Source: Gemmataceae bacterium
Lineage (GTDB): Bacteria; Planctomycetota; Planctomycetia; Gemmatales; Gemmataceae
Direction: 5' to 3'
DNA length: 64,000 nucleotides
NCBI GenBank assembly: GCA_036783645.1
Contig: DAIPWT010000009.1
Location: forward strand, 9,118-73,117
Positions within the stretch are counted from its first letter, which is position 1, and each line of letters opens with the position of its first letter. The notes below the pieces were generated by a model that was not told the origin of the DNA, made no database searches, and saw nothing but the letters and a program-made list of their open reading frames with translations. Positions 54,307 through 63,095 of the stretch are shown here, one piece after another. Both the position numbers and the translations under genes were made by a program.

Positions 54307-56102
54307 TCCACCGAGCCTAGAACGTCCTCAATCTTCCGCTGCCCCTGGGGGTTGAAATGCCCTTCGTTGTCGTAGAGTTCCTTCCGATTTCGTCCGTCGG
54401 CGTCGATGACGACGATAAACTGGTGGAAGGCTTCGCCGCCCTTGGGCTTGGCCGGCTCCCGGTCAACTCTGTAGAGCAGTTTCTTTCCCGACGGCGACCA
54501 CCCGCAAAAAAAGCTCACGCCAGCGGCTTCCCGCGTCGCCTGGCGGAGCGGCCCGCCGCTTAGGTCGCCGACGAACACTTGAAATTTTCCGTCGTCGTCG
54601 CCCTGCGGCCCGGCGACCTGCTTGCCATCTGGGGAGATGCGCCACCGTGGGGGATTTAGGATCGTCACTTTGTCGAACAGCCGTTCAACCTTGCCGGTGG
54701 CGTACTCCACCCGGTAAAGCTCGGCGTCGCCCTTCCCATTCTTTAGATCGACGTTTTTCGCGGTAAGGAACCACTTGCCGTCGGGCGAGACGTCGGCCGG
54801 CCAATGACCTTCCGGCAACTTCAGATCCGCGACCTTGAGCGTGGAGACGTCGAGCAGCTGAAACTTCAAGTCGCTTGGGACGAAGTCCTTGGGCTTCTCC
54901 AAGCTGGGAAGGACGAGGTGCTTGCCGTCCGGCATCCAGAAGAAATCAGTGATAGATGGGTCCAACGCCACCCTCATCCCTGGCCGGGGTTGGTCGAACT
55001 GCCAGATTTCCAGGACCATCCCCGGCTGGACGTGGACTGTGCGCAGGTAGGCCACGGATTTGCCGTCCGGGGCGGTGCGGTGCGTCCTGATATATTCGCT
55101 GTGGCCGAGTTCATCGCCGATCAAGGTGAGGCCCGAGTGATCCGCCTTGAGCCTGGCGAATTGGTTGAAGTGAGAGACGACCAGGATTCTATCCAGGGGA
55201 TCATCGGCCCCGGTCTTCGGCGCCGCTTCGGCCTTGGCTTCGGCAGGCGGCGGTGCGGCGGGCGCGGGGCGCATCGTCAGCCATCCGCCGGCAGCCAGCA
55301 CCACCGCCAGGACAAACGCCCCGGCGAGCTTGAGAAAGGTGAAGGACATACTCCGAATGACCTCCTGGGCTAAGTGTGACACTGTTGATGAAATCAAGCC
55401 GCGGGCGACGGCCTCCCTAGCCGTCGTGACCGAAGCGCGTGCCGTCCTGACGAAGAATGTCGTCGGCAAGGGCGGGCGGGCTTCAGCCAGGATACCCGCG
55501 AGCGGGACCGCGCTTGGCCCGACCCCACGACGAGCCAGACTGTCGCGGAGCTTGTTCCGCGCCCGTTCGAGGCGGCCCCGGAATGCGGTGACTGTCCAGC
55601 CCAACTCGGCCGCGGCTTCGTCATGGGTCTTGCCCTGCAAGTAGCAGAGCACGAGCGGCCCCTTGTAGCGGGCCGGCAGCTTCTCCAGTTCCGCGTGCAG
55701 CAGTTCTCCCGCCTCGCGGACGGTCAAGTCTTCGGCGGCGGCCACCGGCGCGACGGCGAGACCCTCGCGGGCTTGGCGACGAGCGATCGCGGCGCGTAGC
55801 TTGCGGGCTGTGCGGAACGCGACGCCGTGGAGCCAACTCGGCAGCGAATCGTGCTTGCGGACGCTTGATGCTTTCTGGGCCAAGACGAGGAAAGTGGCCT
55901 GCGCGGCGTCCTCGGCATCGGCCGTGTTGCGCAGTACGCCGCGACAGACCCGGTAAACCATCGGCCCGTGCCTACAGACGACCGCCGTGAAGGCGGCTTC
56001 GTCTCGGGCCGCAAGGAACCGGCGGAGCAACTCGGCGTCGGGCTCGCCGCGAAGTTCTGAAACCACAATGCGCCGTATGAAGTCACTGACCGCGGCCATC
56101 AT
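54297..56102 (-). CDS. ECF sigma factor fused through a TM segment to a TolB/WD40-like beta-propeller domain
   Basis: Start ATG 56100-56102. DAEDAAQATFLVLA, LPARYKGPLVLCYLQGKTHDEAAAELGW, TM LAGAFVLAVVLAAGGWL, repeated PDGK propeller blades. Confidence 0.8.
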   Translation of the reverse strand: MMAAVSDFIRRIVVSELRGEPDAELLRRFLAARDEAAFTAVVCRHGPMVYRVCRGVLRNTADAEDAAQATFLVLAQKASSVRKHDSLPSWLHGVAFRTARKLRAAIARRQAREGLAVAPVAAAEDLTVREAGELLHAELEKLPARYKGPLVLCYLQGKTHDEAAAELGWTVTAFRGRLERARNKLRDSLARRGVGPSAVPLAGILAEARPPLPTTFFVRTARASVTTAREAVARGLISSTVSHLAQEVIRSMSFTFLKLAGAFVLAVVLAAGGWLTMRPAPAAPPPAEAKAEAAPKTGADDPLDRILVVSHFNQFARLKADHSGLTLIGDELGHSEYIRTHRTAPDGKSVAYLRTVHVQPGMVLEIWQFDQPRPGMRVALDPSITDFFWMPDGKHLVLPSLEKPKDFVPSDLKFQLLDVSTLKVADLKLPEGHWPADVSPDGKWFLTAKNVDLKNGKGDAELYRVEYATGKVERLFDKVTILNPPRWRISPDGKQVAGPQGDDDGKFQVFVGDLSGGPLRQATREAAGVSFFCGWSPSGKKLLYRVDREPAKPKGGEAFHQFIVVIDADGRNRKELYDNEGHFNPQGQRKIEDVLGSVDWR

Positions 56103-56200
56103 TCTTCCCCTGCCTAACACCGTGTAGTGCCCGCGGGGACGAGTCGTTTCATGCGACTTTTCAGATTTTCTCCGGGACTGAATAACATTGTGCCGTCGAA

Positions 56201-56229
56201 GCGCGCTCCCCTTCGGGTCGCGGCTAAAC
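56201..56229. repeat. half copy (right arm only) of the GTTTAGCCGCGACCCGAAGGGGAGCGC REP family
   Basis: GCGCGCTCCCCTTCGGGTCGCGGCTAAAC overlaps the metallophosphoesterase stop codon. Confidence 0.7.
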
Positions 56230-57090
56230 GTCGTCGCGCCGCAGAGTGAACACCGTGATCTCCGGCCGCGCGTTGAAGCGCACCGGATACTTCACCACGC
56301 CGAGGCCGCGGTTAATGTACAGCCTGCGGCCGTCGTACAGATCGACCTCGCCGGCCACGTAGCGAGGGTTGGTGACCGACGTGAACGGCGGCGGCAGGAA
56401 CGGCGGCTTGCACTGGCCGCCGTGCGTGTGGCCGCACAGAATCCAGCCCTGATAGCCCTCCCAAACGTCGCCGTCGGCCGCGTCCGGGTTATGGAGCAAA
56501 AAGAGATTGGCTTTGTCGTTATCTAACTTTAGCGTCGCCCGGTCGATGTCGCATTGACCGCTCCATAGGTCGTCGGCCCCGCTGATGGTTAAGCCCTGAA
56601 CGTCACAGCTGGTGTTGCGCAGCATTTGCAGGCCGAGGCCGGTAAGTCGGGCCGTTAGCCGGTCGGCGACATCGGTGACTCTATGGCTCCTCGTGTAGTC
56701 GTGATTGCCGAGGATGCCCACCGTCGCCAACCGCGCCGGCGGCAGGTCTTCCAATACGCGACAAACGTGGTCCAATTCCTCGTCGCGCTTGCAGGTCATG
56801 AAGTCGCCGGTCACGACGAGAATGTCGGGGGCAAACTGGCTCACGGTCTGGAAGGCGTCGCGGAGATACGAATCGGACACCTCGGGGCCGATGTGTAGGT
56901 CGCTGATCTGCACGAGCGTCTTGCCGATCAGCGAGTCCGGCAGAAAGCGGATGGGTAGGTCGCGGCGCACGACTTCGATCCAGTGCGGTTCGACGAGCCA
57001 GGCGTATCCGCCGAGGCCGACGGCGCCGCCGAGTAGACCGAGGGCCGTGCGTTTCAGGAAGGCGCGGCGGTTGGGGGCGGGTGGGTTCAT
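56224..57090 (-). CDS. Tat-signal metallophosphoesterase (calcineurin-like)
   Basis: NRRAFLKRTALGLLGG, QISDLHIG, VVTGDFM, GNHD, GHTHGG. Confidence 0.85.
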   Translation of the reverse strand: MNPPAPNRRAFLKRTALGLLGGAVGLGGYAWLVEPHWIEVVRRDLPIRFLPDSLIGKTLVQISDLHIGPEVSDSYLRDAFQTVSQFAPDILVVTGDFMTCKRDEELDHVCRVLEDLPPARLATVGILGNHDYTRSHRVTDVADRLTARLTGLGLQMLRNTSCDVQGLTISGADDLWSGQCDIDRATLKLDNDKANLFLLHNPDAADGDVWEGYQGWILCGHTHGGQCKPPFLPPPFTSVTNPRYVAGEVDLYDGRRLYINRGLGVVKYPVRFNARPEITVFTLRRDDV

Positions 57091-57311
57091 GCGTCATCCG
57101 GTCGTCGGCGCCAAGGGCATTGGTAAGGGTAGCTTGTTTTCGGAAAGGGCGTCAACCCAGGGTGCGTCTTCGCACCCCGGACTCACGAGTACGTTCGCCC
57201 GGGGTGTACAGCCGGGCGCCGTTTGCGGAGCGCCTCCGCTCTGCTACGATAAGGCGCTTTGATTCGCCGTCCCCTAGCCCGATAGTTCGTTTACGCCTTA
57301 TTGAGGTCTTT

Positions 57312-59345
57312 ATGATCCCTCGTATTGTTTTGGGTTTCTGCGCGGAAATCGCCACGACGGAGTACACCTTCGCCTACGTCCTCGCGGCCGCCCACGAAGG
57401 CCGTTTGCTCAAAGCCGACTTCAGCATGTTCCCGCCGCAAGGCTCCATCTACGTGCCGCGGCCGTTGTTTCCCCATCAGTCCGTCCGCTTCCGCGACCTC
57501 GGCTTCTGGGACGTGGAGGAAGACCCCAACTTTGGCGACCGTAACCGCGGCGCCAAGTACCGCGCCTTCCGCCTCCGCGCCGACGTGCCGGCCGAGGTCG
57601 TCCGCGTCGATTGCCCTTCCTATCGGGCCGATGAGGTCCGCCAACACCTTATCGAACGCGGCATCGAGGCGTTCTACCGCCTCGACGGCCGCGACCTGAT
57701 GCTAGAGTTCGCCGACGGCGTCACGGCCGGTCCCGTGCGCGTTGAGCCGGCCGACGACGACGGCCGTTTCCGCTGCGACCCCGAACACCTCGGCCAACCC
57801 CTTGGCGCCTGGCCGAATCGCGGCGCCCTTCAACCCGTCCTTGTCAACATGGGCCAGACCGCCCGCTGGTTCGTTTGGCCGCTGCCGCGCCCCGAATCCT
57901 TCATCGACCTCGCCTCCACCCGTCAGGTTCTCGACAGCCTTCAACACATCGGCATCAGCCAGGAGTTGTACGACGATCTCATCGGCAAACTCGGTTTCAT
58001 CGACCATGCCTCTCTCGTGCCGCCGCTGCACCGTAAGCGCTTACAGGTGCTGCTCGACGAGGCGCTCACCACGGGCAAGCAACTGGAAGCCTGCGTACCA
58101 CTGCTACGCGACGATCCGAAGATGTTGGAGGCCGTCGAGCAGTACAAGCATCAGGTCGGCGAGGAATATCGCAGAGATTTGGAGACGCAAAAGTCTCAAT
58201 TGGGCGACGAGGTGGGCGAGCTGGAAGCGCGTAAGAAGGGCGTCGAGGATCAGATTGAAGAGGTGCGCAAGCGACTGATTGAGGAGGAGTCGCTAAAGGA
58301 AAAGACGGCCGAGTCGGTGGCCGAGGCCGTGTTCGCCCGCGCCCGTCAGGCGCAAAAAGAGGTCCACGGCATGTTGGCCGAGGTGGCGGTGTTACGGCCG
58401 TTCCTCAGCAATGGCGCCGCGCCGACGCCTGCCCTTCCGGCCGCGCGGGCGCTGGCCGTCGAGACGCATCGGCATGAGGCCGTTCCACTGGCGGGCACCG
58501 ACGCCGCCTATTCCCATCTGAAAAGTCAGCTAGAGAACATCGGATTACAGCCGCGCTCCGCCTCGGCGGCCGCCCGCGAAACGCTGACGGCCCTGTCCTT
58601 GGGCCAGGCGGTTTTCCTCCAAGGGTCGATGGCCGCCGTGCTGGCGCGCACGATCACCTCTGCTTTATCCGGGGCGCGCTGGGTCGAGCTGGACGTGCCG
58701 GCCGACATGAAAGACGGCGCCCTGGTCAAACCGGTCGTGGAGGCCGCGGCGGCGGAGGAAGGGCCGACGATGTTGGTCCTCAACGGCGCCAACCGCTCCT
58801 GCATCGACGCCTACGGTTCCGACCTCATTCGCATCCTCGCCGAGCGCGCCGCCGGCGTGCCGTCGGCGCCTGGTTTGATGCTTATAGGAGTGCTGTCCGA
58901 AGGACTCAGCGCCGTGCCGCCCGATCCGGTGCTGACGGCTCTGGGGCCGATCCTGCACACCGACTACCTCGCGTGGAAACGCGGCTGGAAGGCGCGGCCG
59001 ACGCACCCAGGTCAGCTTACGGCCGGACCTTGGCCGCACCCCGATGGGCCGGATGAGGCGGCCCTCGATTACTTACTCGACGAGTTGCAGCCGACGCCAA
59101 ACGAACTATGGCGCCACAACGTGCTGGCGGCGGATCGACGGCTGGCGGGCTGGCCGGGCGAGCCGGGCGCCCCGGACGCGCTCGATTCGGTGCTATTCGG
59201 TTGGGTGCTGCCGCGCTGCACAGCGGCCGGCGTCGATCTGTCGGAACACGCCGACGCCTTCCGGCAGTTATTCCCTGAGCCGGATGAAATGGATCCGCGA
59301 TTGAGGCTATTGCTGAAGGCGCACGGGGCGGCGGAAGTGTTTTGA
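57312..59345 (+). CDS. 677-aa hypothetical protein with a central coiled coil
   Basis: Start ATG 57312 (MIPRIVLGF). Central QVGEEYRRDLETQKSQLGDEVGELEARKKGVEDQIEEVRKRLIEEESLKEK. No catalytic motif recognised. Confidence 0.55.
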   Translation: MIPRIVLGFCAEIATTEYTFAYVLAAAHEGRLLKADFSMFPPQGSIYVPRPLFPHQSVRFRDLGFWDVEEDPNFGDRNRGAKYRAFRLRADVPAEVVRVDCPSYRADEVRQHLIERGIEAFYRLDGRDLMLEFADGVTAGPVRVEPADDDGRFRCDPEHLGQPLGAWPNRGALQPVLVNMGQTARWFVWPLPRPESFIDLASTRQVLDSLQHIGISQELYDDLIGKLGFIDHASLVPPLHRKRLQVLLDEALTTGKQLEACVPLLRDDPKMLEAVEQYKHQVGEEYRRDLETQKSQLGDEVGELEARKKGVEDQIEEVRKRLIEEESLKEKTAESVAEAVFARARQAQKEVHGMLAEVAVLRPFLSNGAAPTPALPAARALAVETHRHEAVPLAGTDAAYSHLKSQLENIGLQPRSASAAARETLTALSLGQAVFLQGSMAAVLARTITSALSGARWVELDVPADMKDGALVKPVVEAAAAEEGPTMLVLNGANRSCIDAYGSDLIRILAERAAGVPSAPGLMLIGVLSEGLSAVPPDPVLTALGPILHTDYLAWKRGWKARPTHPGQLTAGPWPHPDGPDEAALDYLLDELQPTPNELWRHNVLAADRRLAGWPGEPGAPDALDSVLFGWVLPRCTAAGVDLSEHADAFRQLFPEPDEMDPRLRLLLKAHGAAEVF

Positions 59346-59398
59346 AAACGAGCCGTCGCCTCAATCGAGGCGACGGCCCCAAAATGAAACCGAACTAT

Positions 59399-60205
59399 TT
59401 AGAAACGACGCGATGGAACGTCGTGGAGTTCTTCTTCATCGGACGAGTGGGTCTCGAAAACCGTGCCTTCAACCGGCTTACCACCTAGCTTGGTCGTAAG
59501 GCCGTCCATGATTTCCCGCACGTGCGGAACCAGCGTTTCCGGAGCGGCCTTCACCGCCATGTCCCGGACTACGCCGAGCAGCGTGCCGATCGCCAGTTCT
59601 TTCACCTTGTTAATTTCAGGGCCAAACGTACTTTCCAGCGCGCCCATCCAGCCTCCGGCCGTGACCGCCGCCCCTCCTACAGAAGCCGCGGTCGATCCCA
59701 CGGCCGATGCAGCCGCGCCGAGGTTTGAAGCTGCTGACCGGGCGAAACGGCTGACGGTCGGCCCGAACGACTCGGCCGCACGACCCATCGCCCGCGCCGC
59801 CGGCGCGACATTCAACATCCGGCCGGCAACGAAGCCCACGACCACGGCGCCTCCCACCATCAGGTAAGGATGATTACCCACCTGCCGATGGAGATCGAAC
59901 GTTTGTCTGACGCCCTCCACGGTGTCGGCCATCGTCTCTTTGACGCTGTCCACCGTGCCCTGAACCGAGTCCTTCACACTGTCCACCGTGCCCTGAACCG
60001 AATCTTTCACGTTGTCAACCACGTCCCGCACACTCTGTATGGTGTCGGTGACGGTGGAAGTGGCGTTTTGCACCGAGTCGGCGACTGCGGAGGTAGCGCC
60101 CTGGACAGTGTCCATCACCTGTTTCTCCAGCTTTTCGAGTTTGTCGGAGAGGTCGGTGCGCGCGTCTTCCATCCTCTCACGGATTACTTCGGTTTCGTTG
60201 TCCAT
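59399..60205 (-). CDS. stress-associated protein with 11-residue helical repeats and a C-terminal TM (DUF3618/YtxH-like)
   Basis: Start ATG 60203-60205. Repeats VDNVKDSVQGTVDSVKDSVQGTVDSVKETMADTVEGV. TM YLMVGGAVVVGFVAG. Confidence 0.6.
   Translation of the reverse strand: MDNETEVIRERMEDARTDLSDKLEKLEKQVMDTVQGATSAVADSVQNATSTVTDTIQSVRDVVDNVKDSVQGTVDSVKDSVQGTVDSVKETMADTVEGVRQTFDLHRQVGNHPYLMVGGAVVVGFVAGRMLNVAPAARAMGRAAESFGPTVSRFARSAASNLGAAASAVGSTAASVGGAAVTAGGWMGALESTFGPEINKVKELAIGTLLGVVRDMAVKAAPETLVPHVREIMDGLTTKLGGKPVEGTVFETHSSDEEELHDVPSRRF
59948..60013. repeat. 33-bp tandem duplication inside the repeat-protein gene
   Basis: GTCCACCGTGCCCTGAACCGAGTCCTTCACACT followed by GTCCACCGTGCCCTGAACCGAATCTTTCACGTT. 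Confidence 0.8.
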
Positions 60206-60591
60206 TCCAGATTCTCCTTCGTCGCTTCGGCGGCCTGTCGGCTCATGCCCAACGACTTGAGGGTTTTTGAAGCGAAGTAGAGCAGGGCGCAGCCCACAAC
60301 GCCGAAGACGACCGTGACAATGGCGTAACAGCCCCACAAGGGCAAGTGTTCCGGCGCCAACCAATTCAGGAGGTTTGCCAGCGTCAGGCCGAGAAGGATT
60401 AACGCCGTCATCGTAATGGCCGCGCCCGCGCCCAAAGTAGGCAGCGCCTCTTTGGTCCGATTGACGTCGTCCTTCAACTCGTGCTTGAACAGCAGCAGCT
60501 GCTGTTTGATCAATTCCTGGGCGTCAGTGACGATGCCGCTGAGCAGCGACGTCACCGACGGCTCGGAATTGGTTTGAATGCGATCCGCCAT
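60184..60591 (-). CDS. Holin-X-like (phage holin family 3-6 type) small membrane protein of the stress trio
   Basis: LLSGIVTDAQELIKQQLLLFKHELKDD, then two TM helices. ATG 60589-60591. Confidence 0.6.
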   Translation of the reverse strand: MADRIQTNSEPSVTSLLSGIVTDAQELIKQQLLLFKHELKDDVNRTKEALPTLGAGAAITMTALILLGLTLANLLNWLAPEHLPLWGCYAIVTVVFGVVGCALLYFASKTLKSLGMSRQAAEATKENLEWTTKPK

Positions 60592-60593
60592 GA

Positions 60594-61076
60594 TCAACTC
60601 CTGGACGAAGTAGCCTTGGCCAGCAGGAAGCCGACGGCGACGCCGATCAGCAGGGCCGGAATCGGATTGCGACGGATCAGGCCGGTGAAGTCTTCGGCCA
60701 CGCCGCTGAGACCCTGGTCTTCGAGGTATTGGCCGGTGCTGTCGAGGGCGCTGGCGACGCGGCCGGCGGCCGAGCCCATCATGCCTTCGCGGGGCGCGTT
60801 CTGACGAACCTGACCTGCTAAGGACTTGAGGCCGCTGCCGGCCGAGGACGTGGCGTCTTCGGCCCGGTGGCCGACGTAGGAGGCCGCTTCGCTGGCCTTC
60901 TGGCCGGCCGTGGAAGCGACGTCCCTGGCCTTATCCGCCAAGTTCGATGCCATGTCTTTGGCCTGGCCGTATGCGGCGGCGCCGAGATCCTGCGCTTTGT
61001 TCTTCACGTCCGTCGCGGCGCGGCTGGCGGTGGAAGCCAAGTCCTTGGCCTTGTCAGAAGTGGGGTTATTTGCCAT
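60594..61076 (-). CDS. DUF883/ElaB-like membrane-anchored stress protein
   Basis: Start ATG 61074-61076. Ala/Lys/Asp-rich helical repeats (KAKDLAS.., KAQDLGA.., KARDVAS..). C-terminal NPIPALLIGVAVGFLLA anchor. Confidence 0.65.
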   Translation of the reverse strand: MANNPTSDKAKDLASTASRAATDVKNKAQDLGAAAYGQAKDMASNLADKARDVASTAGQKASEAASYVGHRAEDATSSAGSGLKSLAGQVRQNAPREGMMGSAAGRVASALDSTGQYLEDQGLSGVAEDFTGLIRRNPIPALLIGVAVGFLLAKATSSRS

Positions 61077-61448
61077 TGATCTACTCCCTTTTATGCGGTT
61101 AATGGTTGATTTCCCGGCGAGGGCGGCGTTCCAACAGTTGGACCGCCAACCCCTAGGCGTCCGAGAAGCATTCCGGAACCGCGTCCGGTAGCGGTCAACC
61201 TTCACGCAACAACCATGCCAACTTTTCTATATCGTAGAACCCCTTGGCGAGCGGCGGGGTTTGTCCCCGCCGTCCGAACCCGCCGGGATAAACCCGGCGG
61301 CTCGCCAGGGTGTGGGCGGCGCAGAAATGAGCAGATTGCTGCCCACGCAGGGGCGGGTCAAATGGAGTAGGAAGGCGGGCGGCTCGCGGGGAGTGCTTGC
61401 GTTCCGCCAGATCACCGGCGACAATGACCGGGGAGGCCGGGAGTCGCC

Positions 61449-61868
61449 ATGATCGCATACGAAACGCAACTCAATCAGGATCTTCGATGGGCGCTCCAGG
61501 AGGGAAGCATGCACTTCGAGGAGGCGAGCGCGGTCCACCGCACCCTACGACGAGTCGTGAAGCGGCTGGATGAACTGGGCGTGTCCTACGCGGTGGCGGG
61601 CGGCATGGCATTGTTCCTCCACGGTTTCCGCCGCTTCACCGAGGACGTGGACATTTTGGTCACGAAGGACGGCCTTCGCCTCATCCACGAGCAGCTGGAG
61701 GGGTTAGGATACGTCGCGCCGTTCCAGGGAAGCAAGAACCTGCGGGACGCGGACACCGGCGTGCGCATCGAGTTCCTCGTGACCGGCGAGTACCCGGGCG
61801 ACGGCAAACCCAAGCCGGTGGCGTTTCCGGACCCGGCGGCCGTCGGCGTTGAGCGGGACGGCGTCCGT
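61449..61868 (+). pseudogene. pol-beta-superfamily nucleotidyltransferase, 3'-truncated
   Basis: AVAGGMALFLHGFRRFTEDVDILV (G-G...D-x-D). The coding-like sequence ends at about 61868, where the ORF continues as the antisense of another gene fragment. Confidence 0.45.
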
Positions 61869-62024
61869 GACGGGGACCGGGGCGAAGAAGTCCCCGCGCT
61901 CGCGCAGCCCTTGCCGCAACAGCCAGCGCCGAATGCGGCGATACTTCAAGGAGTCGAATGGGTGGAACCGCTCCAGGCCGAGGGCCGTGATATTGTACCC
62001 GGAGCTGTAAACAATCGGGACCAT
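61860..62024 (-). pseudogene. histone-deacetylase-family N-terminal fragment (about 55 codons)
   Basis: MVPIVYSSGYNITALGLERFHPFDSLKYRRIRRWL matches the conserved N-terminus of HDAC11/AcuC-like enzymes. No catalytic core follows. Confidence 0.5.
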
Positions 62025-62168
62025 CGCCCTTCACGGTTCGCGCCTCACGACCTGCCGCCGTCGGCCGCCCCTACGGACATAACGGACAGGGCCGGCGTCC
62101 CGCCACGGCGACCTCGCCGCGTCGGTAGACGACGGCCTGTATCGGCGCGTCCCTTCCGCTCAGAGCCG

Positions 62169-62459
62169 TCAGGCCGGGTCGCACTGGTGCTTGAAATCCA
62201 TGATGAACAGGTCGTCGGGCGACGTGGAATCGTCGATTACAAAGGAGAAGCGGTGCAATAAGGCTCCGTCGGCTACGGGCAGAGAGTATAGGAAAAACCG
62301 CTGATCCGCCGGGTGGCGCCATGAGCGGTAAAGGTGGTAACGGTTCTCAAGGTCGTCGCGCAGCCCGACGCGGAAGCGTATCATCGCGTCGCGCGACAGT
62401 TGAGGTCGGCACTCGCCCAATCTCCGGCTCATCTCTTTGTCGATGCGAAGGCGGCGCAC
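62169..62459 (-). CDS. 96-aa hypothetical protein
   Basis: Starts 4 nt after the upstream gene's stop. No motif. Confidence 0.4.
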   Translation of the reverse strand: MRRLRIDKEMSRRLGECRPQLSRDAMIRFRVGLRDDLENRYHLYRSWRHPADQRFFLYSLPVADGALLHRFSFVIDDSTSPDDLFIMDFKHQCDPA

Positions 62460-62462
62460 GGG

Positions 62463-63008
62463 CTACTCCCGCACCCAGGAGCCGCCCGCTTGGACGCGGG
62501 ACAACACATCGGTTAGCTCTTCATGGTCGCCCCGCGCGTAAGCCGCCTGCGCCCTGGCGATCCGCTCGGGGTCCAGTATCGGCGCCGGGAGGCCGAGCAT
62601 CTCCCAGCGCGCCAGGCGCTCCCGTGCCCAAAGGGGAAACTCGGCGGCCCGGGCTTCCAGTTCATCAAGGCGCGCCAGCGGCCGCTCGAACAGGGGGGCC
62701 TCCTCCCGGACGTTGCGGAGCGCCTCTAGCAATACCTGCGCGGCGTCATCCAGCACCCACCGCAATACTTCCGCCTCGGTCGCCCGGTCCTTGTCGGGGT
62801 TCCTGAGAGCCGTCTCCCACATCGCCTCCCAAATGCGGGCCGCCTGATCCGCTAGGGCGAGTACAGCGGCGATGTGGCTTTCGGTTGCAATCTTGAATTC
62901 CTCGGCCAAGATTCTTATCTGTTCCAGCAGGTCGATCCGGGGCTTCGCCTCGGCGCCTCTCAGCCTGCGCGTTTCTTCCCGGAAGCGTTGTAGTGTGTCG
63001 GTTGGCAT
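62463..63008 (-). CDS. 181-aa all-helical hypothetical protein
   Basis: Start ATG 63006-63008 (MPTDTLQRF). Glu/Arg/Ala-rich helices. Confidence 0.45.
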   Translation of the reverse strand: MPTDTLQRFREETRRLRGAEAKPRIDLLEQIRILAEEFKIATESHIAAVLALADQAARIWEAMWETALRNPDKDRATEAEVLRWVLDDAAQVLLEALRNVREEAPLFERPLARLDELEARAAEFPLWARERLARWEMLGLPAPILDPERIARAQAAYARGDHEELTDVLSRVQAGGSWVRE

Positions 63009-63095
63009 AGCCTTGCTCCTCCTCCACGTATTGTCGCAGAAAAGCTTAAGTAAATACAGGCCGGGCCGCTCGAATCGCATCCAGCATGTCAAAAA

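Noticed and set aside
61869-62261. C-terminal 130 aa of the 270-aa ORF 61449-62261
   Set aside because: Pro/Arg/Gly-rich, with no similarity to nucleotidyltransferase C-termini. It is antisense to an HDAC N-terminal fragment, so it is read-through of non-coding or antisense sequence.
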